A stretch of 64,000 bases of DNA from Balanoglossus misakiensis (taxonomy: Eukaryota > Animalia > Hemichordata), in assembly GCA_040954595.2 (NCBI GenBank), contig CM082594.2, positions 4,139,319 through 4,203,318 on the forward strand, in the 5' to 3' direction. The notes under the pieces were generated by a model. It was given only the letters and a program-made list of their open reading frames with translations. It was not told where the DNA came from and did not search any database. Positions 24,317 through 37,875 of this stretch are shown piece by piece. Every line of letters starts with the position of its first letter. Within the stretch, counting starts at the first letter, position 1. Made by a program: the position numbers and the translations under genes.

Positions 24317-24464
24317 TTTGTTTTAAATAGTCCGAACTGTCCGTGATCCTGTCAAGTTTAGAGTTGCCCCACCTTGCAAAGAAACATACGTGAACTCCGC
24401 CTAACACTGCTATCAAAACCACATAAACACAGCTTGTTGGGGATTGCCAACCCACAAAATGGAG

Positions 24465-24590
24465 TCCAGTGACGTCATTACCCATACTTCATCACGACTG
24501 TTTCCCCTGTCCCATTTCTACCGCGTGGCTGCGCTGTTCGGTGTCATGCGAAAACGAAAGTGAAAGTTCCCATGACAGAACATACGGTTT
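24465..24590 (-). promoter_or_regulatory. CHMP4 upstream region with a CRE and an IRF-type element
   Basis: TGACGTCA at 24470-24477 and GAAAACGAAAGTGAAAGT at 24550-24567, about 150-250 bp upstream of the ATG. Confidence 0.45.
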
Positions 24591-25503
24591 ATAGTATTTT
24601 AATATGTAAAAGTATGGTGATTTTTCTTCTGATGAATGTCAAATATATTACCGTGAACTAACAATGATTTGGTGGACTGAAAAGTCAGCTAATAATGAGC
24701 TAATCTGCGGCCGGGCAGATGACGTGCAAATGATCTTTTCCGCGGGTTTCCCAAACGGGCTTCTTATCCATCCACAGATATATTGAATTTATGATGGAGG
24801 TGTACCTTAGAAGGTGTAATGTATTAAATCAGACACGTTCGATCAAACAAATGAAAAGAGACGACAACACGGATAGGGTATCCGACATATTCCCATAAGC
24901 TTTATTTGGAAAGGCACTCCAGACGTTACAAAAAAATCTGCACGCCTTGGAAGAAGCTAAAATGAGCTCCCCATCCTCACCTCAGGTGATCAGAAAAAAA
25001 ATAGGAAAACATTTGAGCTTGGCAGAGGGCGACACACCATTACAAAATAAGCACATATTAACTTTAACAACCAATCCGTCAATGTGTATTAGGCCTAGAA
25101 TACACGGCAAAACGAAAAAAAAAAATCCAATATGATGTCAAAGATAGTGATTTCTCCACTTTTGACTTAGGAAGTTTATAAAAGACGGTTGCGACCGATA
25201 CTGTTGAAACTGTTCAATGAACTGAGATGATGCTTGTTGATTTGATCTGATGAGAAGAAATATATCGGGGTATGTCTCTCCCAGCAAATTTCTTTCCAGT
25301 TCTTGCGTTTGTCGTTTACCGCTCTATTTGTACTATGAATCCCAATGATTAGCTTATGACGTCATGGTTGCTCGAAAGTATCTTGGTCCATTGTCGCCGT
25401 GTGTAGGAGAAAGTCAAAAGTTCGACAGACCCAAATTTGCGCACTTGTTTCGATCTGCAGACCGTTTACTGCAGGACAATTACTTGTAACGAGTCACGCG
25501 TCA

Positions 25504-28500
25504 TCACTCGTATTCGTTCGCTTCGATGTCCTCAACGACCACCTGAAACGCCGGCGGCGCGGCGCTGCTCACGTGACTGATCGTTCGCCCCGCCGCGTCG
25601 AGATCATCGCGACGGACGGCGAGGCAGGGGAAGCACGGGCCCAGCCGCCTCTGAATGGCCAACCGAGTCTGCCTGGTGCCGAGAGTGTAGATGATGGGGT
25701 TGAGGGCGGAGTTGCTGAACGCGAACAGATTGGTGAAGACGGCGACGGAATTGGACACGCCCCCCGAGGTGGCGATGTCGACCACGACACTGATGGACGC
25801 CGGCATTATGCACAAGAGGAAGCAGCCCATCACCAGGCACAGAACTTTGGCCGCCTTCGAATCGTCGACTAACTTCCGGTGTTGTCTTTTCGTCGCGTCG
25901 CATTCCCGCCGATCGGTGACGTGTTGGTTGATGTCGGCGATCCTCTTTGCGTGTTTCTTAGCAACGCGGAAAATGCAACAGTAAAACACCATCATTGTAA
26001 CCACTGGCAATAAAGAGAGAGAGAGAAAAATAATAATAATAATTACCTATGCCTACAGACAAATCGAATTATTCAACCATTAATACGTATTTTTCTGAAA
26101 TAAAATTGCCACTAATAACAGTAGTGACATTTTGACTATATGTTCTCTCGCAAAGGCTGCAGCAAAGCAATATAGCGCTCTGTTGTCTATGCCTACTTAG
26201 TTCAGAAATTTGTTTCCGGAGTCTTAAAAACTAAAGAAAAATACCTCTGAGGCATATTCTTATGAAAAAGTCGATTCAGGTCGGGTAAAAACAAGAAAAA
26301 ACATTTTGTTTGTGGTCTAATTTATATAGATATTACACTCTCTGAATTTGAGGTGAATTGAATTCGTCTCATGCATGCAGCAGAATCAGTGAACAGTGAT
26401 GCGGTAAACCTAACATCTGTCTTAATTTACGAACCGACTCAAACAATGTATTCCGCACCAATGATTGGTCCAAATTCAATAAATCTGACTTTAGCCACAC
26501 GATGTAAGACTATCACTGCTTGCATGCAATCGGGTTATGATTTCATTTCAGATACTCCGACGGGTGCGTAACGCAGTAACGTGAGCATTGCATGTAGCGA
26601 ATAACCAGGATGTTACCTATCACAATGTGATTGATATACCTACCTCTACAGTCCTATCAAATCCAGAAGTACATGGTATAAAACTGCCTTAATTCAAACA
26701 TTACTTGCTGGTGCAACTTATAGTATACGACTACTTGAGCCTGTACACAATCTATGTTCAACTAACCCTGTCGATAAAGGCCATTTAGGAATATCCGATA
26801 AAGTTCCCTGAATTTTAAAGTAAATATTAATAAATAAACTTGCAAATATAACGCAAACATGCACGTGAACTTCGGTTCCCTGGAGCTGGAGGAAAGGGGT
26901 TCTTTCAACAGTGACCATTTTTACCATTTACACACGAGTCATGCGATTGGACGATCAAAAAAAACTTCCTAAACTAAATTTTCCCCACACTTCCTAGAAA
27001 AAAACGCGCAAATGCCACAAAAAGCTATAATTATAGCATTCTTGAAAAGCGCGTTTGCGATTTGCCCACTGCCTTTTCTCGTTTTTGAGTTATCGTCTAC
27101 TCCAAAGTAGATATTGCATCAGAAACACGCCATTCAAGTTTACACCAATCTGATAAAGAATAAATTTCGACCAGAAAACTTACACTTGCAGTATTTTGGT
27201 AGAACACGGTCAAAACTATATTGTTATTTTTGAAGGACACTGTGACCCCTGTATACTAGTAATATATATGCAACCGCGTTTCCTCATCATAAGACGCTCA
27301 CTCAATATTAGTAATTACGCATAGAATACGTCGTTTGAAAGGAGCTATTGTATATACAGGTGACAGAGACTTTCTTTCTTGTAGTGTGATGAAACTCGGG
27401 GCAACGACCCCATATCTTGTTTACAGAGCGCAAATTAATAACCTTCCACTAATCATAGATTTATTCGAGTTGTCTCGGGGACTTGCAGCAGATTGCAGGA
27501 AGGGGAAGGATTTTGCATGCTTGTCAACTCCCAGTCACGTCCGTCTGTAGTGTAATAGGAAATTACAACACGCACGGGATAAATAGTAAGCTGTTGACAG
27601 AGAGACAGCGGTTGCATGGCGATGTACGTAAACTGCATGATGAGAGTACCTGGAAGTAAGTATCCTAAGGAAAAGACCAGAAACGTGTAGGAAAGCGACG
27701 CGTAGGCGCCGTATTCACACACGTCCACCCGCTGGTCCAGCTGACTGTAATGTTGGTTCCTCCAGCCCATCAGAGGCAGCAAACTAACAAACGGCACCAC
27801 GATCCACAGCAACATCACCATGGCAACAGCGCGATGACGGGTCATGATGTCTTCGTACCTGAAATGTATTATAATCACAAATGGAGATGTTCTTTGAATC
27901 GGGACAAATGTCCTGAATACAACAAGAGCGGACAATTACACTACTATGTCGTAAAAGCACGCACTGGGCATCGATCACATAATAATTTATCGTGTGGATC
28001 ACCATAAATTCGAGAATTATGTTACAGGAATGCTTTTAATAAACTTGGTTATTTACCGTAATAATTGGTTTATATAACCACTGTATACAAGTCGGGTCAA
28101 ACAGACACCTAGTCAGTGAGTCAGATGGCCGCCTAATAACTCTATTAGCTTGTTGTGAAGACAAGACACCTGTCTAACCTGATGAGTCCCGAACTTTCTT
28201 TTTCAAATTCAGCGCCAGCGCGTCAGATACAAAACACCTGCAGGGGCTATCTTCTCTTCGAAGCCCAGTCATAAATGACACCCGCTGTTCGAAGCTCTAT
28301 TCACTTGCGGAGTTCCAAATGTAATGTCTTGATTTTATGTTTAGCCGTTAAATATATATGACGCGTATCGACCACAATCAAAGTAAAAGTGCGGCCAATA
28401 CTGGCAAAAAAGGAAGACGGGTGTAAACCATTGGTAACCTGGCAAAATCATGCACTAATGCGCCTGCCGGCGAAGAGGGCGCGAAAGAGTGTCAGGGCCT

Positions 28501-29028
28501 GTTGATCTGGCAAAACGGCGATCACTATACCGGTAACCATGGCAAACGACTCTAAATTAGACAACGAAAGTGTAATATCACAATCTGGCAACTTACTTTG
28601 GCTATACAGCTGTGATAGTAAGAACGCTGTGGTTCAATTGTTGTACCGGCGACCTAAAAGTCGACGTTACTTCGAGAACGTGTTTTTTAATAAAGAAAAC
28701 TTACTTACCTCAGTGGATAAATGATGGCTATAAACCTGTCCAGTGCAATCAGAAAGAGATGACAGATCGATGACAGGATGAAAGTGAGCGTGATGCATTT
28801 GCTAATCATACAGTCCACAAATTTCTGATTCTCGGCGCTCTGTTCCACAAAATACAGCGGCATGTTGATGGCCCCGACGGCGAAGTCGGCGATGGCCATG
28901 CTGACGATCAATATGTTCGTCACCGTGTGCAGGTTTCTGTCTATCGCGATGATCACTATGACCACGAAATTCTCAATGATGCACGGCACCGCTATGAACA
29001 GCGTGCCGATCAGAAGTGGCACGTTCAT
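25504..29028 (-). CDS. Orphan class A (rhodopsin-like) GPCR, adenosine/amine-receptor-like, ~342 aa, 3 coding exons
   Basis: Exons 28709-29028, 27650-27858, 25504-26003 (1029 nt). Motifs: TM1 IENFVV, TM2 SMAIADFAVG, TM3 C...IALDRF, TM4 W..P, ECL2 Cys, TM5 YLLP, TM6 KAAKVL...FLLCIMP, TM7 NSALNPIIY. The ATG sits in GCCGGCCATG context just after a probable acceptor at 29037, so an upstream coding exon cannot be excluded. Confidence 0.88.
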
Positions 29029-31940
29029 GGCCGGCCCTAAGTCCGAATTCAGAGGCAAAATAAACGAAATATACGAAAGACTGTTTCGTCGTTTATATTC
29101 GATAAAGCAGTCATGTTCAGTTTATAGGGCGAAGTAGTTAGCGCGATCTCGGAGTCGCATAGGCCCACTCGAAACTTACGTGACGCGTCATGGCGAATCG
29201 CGACTGCCAAATGATCTAGGGAGCTTCCAGTGTTTTTGTCGGGGGGGGGGGGTATCACGGAGACGAGTTTCAGTGTCATTTGCTGTCTATACGAGAGAAG
29301 AAACCGCCTGACGTCGGTAGAAGACGCCTTATTCCGAATGTCTCAAATCAATGCCTACTCTGTTTTCCTAGCGGCAAGTAAGAGAAAATGTCATGATGTA
29401 TGTGAATCTATTATCCGAGTCGAAGCTGATATTCAGAATAAAACGACCCTGGAAATTATCAATGTTAAACTGCGCAATCTAACTCGTAATACGTTCCCCA
29501 ACACGGCAATCTACAATGCTAATTCAGAAAACGAGGTCAAAGATGTAGAAGATTTATTCAATGCTTGCTTTTTACTAGCCAATTTTCGAGTCGTCTGCCC
29601 GCTAAAATGCCAAAACTGACCAATCAATTTGATATTTCGGAATGATTCAAGCTGCAAACCGATGTTGGATACAAAGTAATGGTACATGTACGTATACAGT
29701 ATGGAAGCTGTTTGAACGTGTCAAAGTACTTTTATATGTACCTTTGCATAGACGAAAGATCATGTAAATTATAATAATTGTGTACTTAGAAATATCTCAC
29801 TCGCTTCCTTCCCCCCCCACACACACACACCTGCTGCTGTCGACAGCCATAGTTGAAGGCACACTTTGTCAGCTTCATAAAAAAAATGCTTAATACTAGA
29901 CGAACATTTCAATCATGGAAAACAAAATCTAAAGTTTGTAACACATAAACATTTAACGCCGAGACATAATGTCTGAAGAAGGGATTTAAAAAAAAATCGA
30001 CTTCCATCAGAAAGCTCAGCTTGTAAACGCCTCCTCATTATGATCATAGACATCTGCAGTGGAGAGAACTTTTCATCCGCCGTCTAAGACTGCGCCGTGT
30101 GTCATAAATAGATTTTTTTACAATATAAGTTCTAGAGGGACGGTGATCAAACTAATACATCCGCTGCGTTGAACGTCGGGCTTCCTCATCTGAACGCAAA
30201 TTCACCAATTATACCAAATTACAAAGAATCTACACTTTTTAAAGAAAATAAGTGAGTCGAAACCGACTTCATTTTTTCCCCGATGGCATTTTCCTGTTGT
30301 TCACTAACGATAACCATGTCACATCAGACGTCAGAGAACAGTTAAAACATCGTTGCCACTGGCCTTTTTGGCGATGCGGAAATATCAAAGGTACGAGTAG
30401 GGAATAAACACTTTTTATGTACAATTACACAACCGAGGATGCCAGGACGGAACCATGTCACTTCACTTGATAAGTTGCGGAGGGGATGTGTTTACGTAAG
30501 TTCACTTTTAGGCTTCCGTCGAGTCCAGTATAATTTTTTTCCCAAGACTTCTTTGGTGATTGTCCATGCGAGAGAAAATTAAATGTACATGTACGTAATT
30601 GCGAGTTGGTACACCCTCAACGAAGGAATAGACGGGGGCGCCGTTTTAGGTTCTGATTGTACAGAAAGATCATAATATACGTACTGGTCCGATCGATTAT
30701 TCCCGATGACGCCGGGCGATGACGGTACCATCAGCGATAATGGGAGTCTATCCATGCGTGTTTCCAAATTACGAAAGGGTAATTGTGTTTATCATCATGG
30801 TTTGGGGGGAAACAGAAAAGTACTTCTTACACAAAATCGTGGCCAGTGAAAGAATTATCCACTAAGTACTTAAAACTCGCAACAAAGAAGTAAAAGTTTG
30901 AGTCTCCTTCTGAACTGGTTCAATCCGGGAATGCGAAATGTAGATCAGTGTCTCACACAGGGATGTGACCCCTATCTCCCGTAAAAAGTTCATATCAACG
31001 ACGTGCTGGTAATTGAAGCAATGGTATTGCAACAACAATTGGCTGAACTGATATGTAAATGTTGAAAACAGTTCCATTGCTCTAGTTCGGCAATCATATG
31101 GCTGCATCTGTATTTCAATGGTCTGTTGGAATATTCTAATAAGTATCCCCCAGGCCTTCCAATCAATAACTGCGAAACCCCATCCAGTTATGCACAGATG
31201 CACTAGTGTGGCTTTGCATCAGCATTAGGGCTTCGTGGTTGTTGATTTGAGGGCATGTGGTGTATATGATATCTGTTGGTTCACCCTCCTCTAGATTGTG
31301 TCTAATTAGGGGTTGTCAGTTTGGTTTAATTCTCACGCATGTTTCTCAATAAAATAGGATCTTTGATTAAAGGTCCCGCAAAAGAGGTATCACAGAATTG
31401 ATTTTTTTTCTCGGAACAAGCATGGATACCTCCACCCACCCCCACCAAGAGCACCAAACATCAGGGATTAGTCAACTCAGTCCCATGCGAATAATTGCGC
31501 CAGATTGCGTTCAGATGCGGCACGACCAACAAAGATGAGGTATTGATTTTTTGAGGTTTCACCGGCAGTTGACAGCGCTCCGGAGAGCAAAAACATCTGG
31601 AGTCGGCAACAGAGAATATTGGGGTTAATATCCTGCTGCTAGAACGAGTTCAACTCCTCAGTTCTTTGCCTGCACTTTCAATTTGCGTGAACATTCAGTT
31701 AGGGATCCACCATTAGATCTTGGGGGCGGGGGGGGGGGCTGGGCAAATTTCACTAACTGCATTGTTTTCTCCGAAAAAAAATTTACTAAATTTTTATATT
31801 CACGTGTTTTGGGCCTCTCGCATATTTCGCGAAAATTTATAAATTATTGCGCGCAAAAAAATAACCTGGTTTTCAGTATGATTTTAAAGACTTTTTATTG
31901 AAACTGAAATGTAAAATGACAACTAATGCAAAGGAAATGA

Positions 31941-34900
31941 TCAGAATTTCCTCTTCTTCCTTAGTTGTTTTTTGCCCTGAAAGTGGAACAAGAAAAGTTA
32001 CAATGTTTAGTGCATTTTGCAGTAGGCAGAAGTCACTTTTATTCCAAATGTTAGATTGTAGAAAAGTAAAATATAATCTGATTTAAGTTTGTACTTACTT
32101 TCTTTGGTTTCTTTTTCCTAAAGGAACGGAAAGACGATGAATTAGAACAAAAAGAAGCAAACAAAATATTGTAAGAGTCAGTGATTTCCTCATCAAGACT
32201 GAAATTTTACAATGAATGAATGAGTACTAGACGTATGTGCTCTTAAGGAAGAACACATGCTATAATAGTCTGTGATTTTTGTGAAACACACAGGATTGCT
32301 ATAGGGATTATAGCAATACCACTTTCAAAGCTCTGTATTTTATGCAAATTTTGCGGAAAATTTTTCGCGAATCTATTGAAAACTCTTTGATCATTCAGTG
32401 TTCTTCCCAGATATTTCTGGTAGAGTGACAGCTAGTTTACATAACAATGAAGAAGATTGTTATGTTAATGAGTTCCTATTGTTTTCCTAAAATGGCGGCC
32501 ATCGCTCTGTAAATGCTCTGTGGAAAACACTGTCATTTATTTAAAAAATTATTGAGTATTCTGTCTCTCAGCAAATAAAACATTTGGTCGCATGCAGTAT
32601 TAATTAACAGATCAGAGTGGGGACTATTTTGTGTGGGTAAGTTACCTTTGTTTTATTAACCTTACAGTTTGGATATGATTCATTTGGGAATATATCAATT
32701 TATAGGACACAACACAGTTTAATTAACAAATTTCACAACACACCACATGCTTTCAATGTCAGCAAAACTTACACAAAAATTTAAGAATCATTCTTTTGAA
32801 CAATCAATCGTCTTACCTTTTTCTGGCGGTCTCCTCCGAGTCTACCTGGTCGCCCCCTCTGGTCAACGCGCTGAGTTCCCCGAAATCGGTCAATCGATCG
32901 AGATTGGTCGATACGGTGACCTGTGGGCAGGTGGTAAATGCAAATTAGCTTTTTTTTGGAATCTGGCTACAGATGACATTTCCAAATGTCAAGGGAATAG
33001 TTTCACGCTCGTTAGTGAGATAATGATCGGTTCTAACGAGGAGAGTTGTAGGTGTCCAAACTCGAAACAGTGCTACTTGTGAGCTGGAAGGGTTCAATTT
33101 ATGTCTAACCTTACAACAGAAAATGAGGTGATTCCTGAATTCTATTCAATTGTTCTATTCCATTCTATTATATTTTGTTTGATTAGAAAAGACACACCCC
33201 AAGACTCTAAAGAATGAAATAAATTGAAGACGTCTACCTTTCGTTTCTTGCCTGTGGGAATACGTATGAAGTGATCCTCTTCAAATCTGAGAATTGGAAA
33301 CAAAAATTGTGTTATTATAAAAGCCTGAGAGAAAAGAGAGATTGTAATTTCATTTTCCCTTTAAAATATTTTCCATAACAAACCAGTGACGACTTCACCT
33401 ACAGCCCTTTCCCCAGTAATATGATTTTTCTGGAACCTCGAAAATAACGCAATTACCCCCAAATACTGCGGCTAGGCTGTTAAACGGCATTTATGTTACG
33501 ATCAGTGTGCCCTCGGTGTCAATAAGGCACGACACTAATATGAACAGCTTCTTCCTGACTAAAGCAATATTTTTTTCAGTATACATATCGCGGCACAGAG
33601 ATGACTAATGGGGATTTTTGGAAAGTCTGAAATTGCTTTAAATGTGTCACAATTTTCCTTTACATGAGGCACCCTGTAACGCAGCAATTCCATGATATTC
33701 GCCATTAATGGGTAGAGCAAGAAAATCTGAATAACACGCACAGAAGAACTATCATGTTTTAACCACTGACAGGTTATGAGTGAAATTCTATCAAATTGTT
33801 CAATTTGATAAAGGGAAATATTCAAGAACAGACAATGCAGGTGCATCTTTCTTGCTATTAAGGATGTCGACACAATCAAAAGCTAAACGCCATGACAGTA
33901 TTCTCATTAATTAAACTGCATGAAAAGGAAACAGATACTGAACTGCCGTACACAATGAAAGGCAAGCTGTCAATACATTTCATAAATTTCACAACTCAAA
34001 ATCATAAAAGCTGCCCCATTATGTCTTTTCTCATTAACAATGGCAAACAGACTGAGAGAGATATCTTTATTTTACAGTTCAGCATATCTTATGGTAATGA
34101 TGATGATGATGATGATCACCATCATCATCGTCGTCGTCGTCATCATCATCATCATCGTCGTCGTCGTCATCATCATCATCATCATCAATCTATTTGATCA
34201 ACATGACACCATACACGTTCACTCATCTTTCATATTTCTACTAACAGTTTATACAATACATCCTCATTATACTCTTTCATTTTATTTCTGATACACGTTC
34301 ACCGTTATACAGTCTATGCATCTTCACCACCATCACAGACTTCACTACAGACAGTCAATGTGTTAATTATTCATGGATGGGGATTATTCGTTCACTTACT
34401 CTTTCCGGTGTCGGGCTTCTCTGTCATCTCGAAGTCTGTGTAGATTTCTCGGTTCCTGAAAAGACAGAAGGCAAATATTTAAACGTCTGCTAAACAGATT
34501 TATTCACGGCAACATTAGAAAACCTTGCCCTCGAACTGAGTCGAGTCGAGTCGACCAGAAACAGATCTGTAATCAGACAGCGGAAGTAGCACTTGAAACA
34601 TTTATAGACAAACGTTCATTTTCTTGTTATTCATTTCCACATTGTGTGTGTGTGACACCCCCTGGGGGCGAAGACACAGTATGTACACCCAACGAACCGT
34701 CAGTGAATGGAGAATTGAGTACTTTCAGCCTTTGTGGCTATTTGCGTTGAAACATTTGTCTGTCATCATAATATGTACATACATGTATACCCTTCGAAGA
34801 AAAGTTATTAGCAGATCCATCACAGAAAGCATCCCTTCTATCTCAGCATTTTCATATTTACATAATGACAGCCCAGACTTAATGGACAGTTTAATGCGAT

Positions 34901-37875
34901 CCTCCCGGCATACAGCCAGAGATAATGAGTCAAGTAAAGCGCTGTTAAAACAGCATTTATTTCAAATACTTATTTGAGCACACTGTTTTTGTTGATTCAT
35001 ATATTCCTTGCTCCAGTCAAATACACTAGGATGGACAATTTAATTTAAAACTTCTGACATGTTTATATCACTGGGACAGAATAATTTGCAATTGCTCATG
35101 CTGAGTTCAAAAAGGATTTTTTTTTCAAGAACAAATCTTGTGGAGTTTTAAACTCGCCAAAACAGATTAAAGTCATCAGTTTATAATGTCTCAACAAGTT
35201 CCTAAATACTAGTGTACATCACTTGTGGTTTCTGTACAAACACCTGTTCAATGTCGTGCTTTGGAAACATCCACTATTCAAATATTTGAAAGTCGTGAGA
35301 TGAATTTCAAATACTGGCCGTGGCGAGTATAAATTTTGTCAGGCGAGGATAACTACAAGTGAATTCTGGTGAATGTAGCAGCAGATGCCTAGTTAAGAGA
35401 AAAGCTTACCTTTATTTCCTGTGGTCCATCGAGATACTCGTCTAGGATCAAAACAGAAATATGAATTACAAAACTTTATGATCCACAGGCAGTTTTTTAA
35501 AAACTACTTTCTATAGGCCAGCATGTTGCAATCATCACGCATGATAAATTCTGAATAAGCTGGCATTGAGCAAAATGTGTTGAAAAGTTCATGCCATACA
35601 CAGTGTAATAAATCTCACAGGGCATTCCATTAGAATGGGTTTCTCAGTTCCGTTTACGAAAAAAACAGAGTTGTGAAACAGCAAGGGTGGTGAAAAAGAG
35701 TAGGATTTACTGACCTTGAAGCTCTCTCATAAATGAACTGTTGAGGGCTCTCTTCTTGGCTCTGTCCATTGTCTTCTGTTGTTTGTCGCGGACGGGCTCA
35801 TCATCATCTGTCACGAAAAAAACATCAAAGGGTAGTATTATCAACTGACAGGGTACGGAGTTGTCATGGTTACAATACTACAGTGACGACCAACATAGTC
35901 TGCATTGTCATGGTTAAAAATATGGGCAACAATTATTTGGTTTTGAGCACCACTAAGAAAGATTGTTTCTTCATCACTAAAGCCTCACAAGAGAAACTGT
36001 TTCATGTTTTTCATTAAAGGCAGCCTTCCTGTTATAAAAATGCAGCTAACCATATTCACATTTTTGCTTCATTCATAACACTGCCCTAACCAGCGATGTG
36101 AGTAAGCCCCTACAACCGTTTTGTCATTTTAACAGAAAATTGCATTGCCTCAGAACTTAGCTATAAACCCTTCTACAGACCCAACTACTTACTAACCACA
36201 ACACATATGCCTAATTTCTGTGGCAGAAGTTTACTCACCATAATGCATTGCAACTAACTTAGGGGGCACATATTTCTTTGTCTTGCCTTTGCCATCTTCT
36301 CCTTCATCTTCATTGTCATCTTCCAACTGCAGGATAAATTTTTATTGAATGTGATAAAAAGTGACATAAGTACTGGCTGATGTGCAGCAGACTCAAGTTT
36401 TGAAAACCAATGCATAAAGTATCGCCCCTTTGACCTCAAATACAGTTGCTAGGCCGTGGAAAGCAAACTGGAAACTCAATCAATACCCCAAGTAGTATCT
36501 TACTGACAGGTGTAACATCATTGGAACCCATTTACTGAGTATTAACCAAATCCTCACTGATGGGTTACAACATCATGTTGAACTGTTAACTGTATTAATA
36601 CACACCTTACTGACAAGAAGATCGGGATTGGGTTGAAATCTCAGCGGATCATTCTGCGACACTTGACCAGAATCAGCTGTCTTCAGTAACTTGTCAATCT
36701 GATATTGCAGTTTATGGTCGATTGGTCTCATCTTTTCCAGTACTGTTCTGATCTCTACCAGTCTGTCGACCGATGCGTCGCCCCTTATTGACTTCCCCTG
36801 GGTCTTCCGTAGCATAGTGTATGTTAGGTTCATGAGATAACTGGAACAATACATAAAAGCATGACTTCAATGAAGAATAGAAGGATCGATGATTATGTAA
36901 ACCCAAGAGATCGGGGGAATTTTGTCAAAACGTGCGAACTTGGGAATAACTTACTTTAGTAATAGATGATATTTGACTTCTAAAAAACCGAGTCCTTTCT
37001 TGGTAGAAACATTTTTATCGCACACTTTTTGTAACAAATTTTTTACATGATCTGTGACACCACAAATCTGAAAAAAGCAGAAATAATCTTTGTATTAAAA
37101 AACATATTAAACTATGGTAACTGTGAAAGAATACTTCACAGCTTCACCTGAGAAGTTAATCCTTTCACCATTATTTTCAGCTGATTTTTTGATAAGTTTG
37201 TCTGGACTTTCATTCGAGGCCAGGCGGCAACCCTACAAGATGATCTGCAATGGCAATGCACAATAAATAGATTGCCCTTTACTACCACGTAAAAAGTTTG
37301 GGCTTCTAAAGCCATATGTGTACAAGAATATACCAAAAGTAGTACATACCTGTTCTTGAATCTGTTGTAACAATGACACTGCACTTGGTAGATCTTCTGT
37401 TATTGTCTGACAAAAAAGATATTTTGGAAGGTTGAGATGGATCTTTTAAAATAGCTATCTCACACCAATAAAAACAAAAGAAGTATTTTGAATGAAGGCT
37501 CTACTATGGTTTATGCATTTAGTTGAAGCACAGAGGTATATGGACTGACATGGTTCGGGTAATTAAGCATCGTTCATCAACATGTCAACCGTTGGCATCA
37601 ACTTCAGGATCATCCTCCCAATCCCCCATGCATTACGTATGGAGCGCATCCCATGCCATGCCATTGTACTGTACGCGTATGTACGATCCATGCGGTGGTG
37701 CCACAGGGGCCGATATCAGTTCACACCACAAGACACTGGCCTAAAAAAATCATTTACATTCATCGGAGAGGCATATGCTTATCTTTTGGGAAGTCATCTT
37801 CTCATGCCAATCGACAGCTGAGCCGAAAATACTTACTGGATTATTACGAACTTCTGTCGCACTGTGGGCTGCCAT
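31941..37875 (-). CDS. NGDN: Neuroguidin (Sas10/Utp3/Lcp5 family, SSU processome), ~306 aa, 12 exons
   Basis: Exons 37837-37875, 37350-37406, 36955-37067, 36606-36840, 36239-36326, 35715-35807, 35410-35441, 34400-34455, 33238-33286, 32817-32920, 32099-32117, 31941-31976 (921 nt). Peptides: DLPSAVSLLQ, KGLGFLEVK, RLVEIRTVLEKMRPIDHKLQYQIDKL, DPLRFQPNP, KKYVPPKLVAMHY, and a basic tail. AATAAA on the minus strand at ~31894. Confidence 0.92.
34096..34190. repeat. (GAT)n/(CAT)n/(CGT)n compound trinucleotide repeat
   Basis: Seen directly in an NGDN intron. Confidence 0.9.

Noticed and set aside
25399-25984. Plus-strand ORFs of 157 and 97 aa
   Set aside because: Antisense shadows of the GC-rich last GPCR exon.
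32847-32866. CTCF-like CCAGAGGGGGCG
   Set aside because: It falls within NGDN coding sequence (LTRGGD) and matches the consensus poorly.
33892-34291. Poly-His/Arg/Asp and poly-Met/Ile/Val ORFs
   Set aside because: Trinucleotide microsatellite inside an NGDN intron, on the antisense strand.
37148-37244. Possible poison exon in NGDN intron 2
   Set aside because: The donor is weak (GTGAAG), there is no homology, and the gene model is complete without it.
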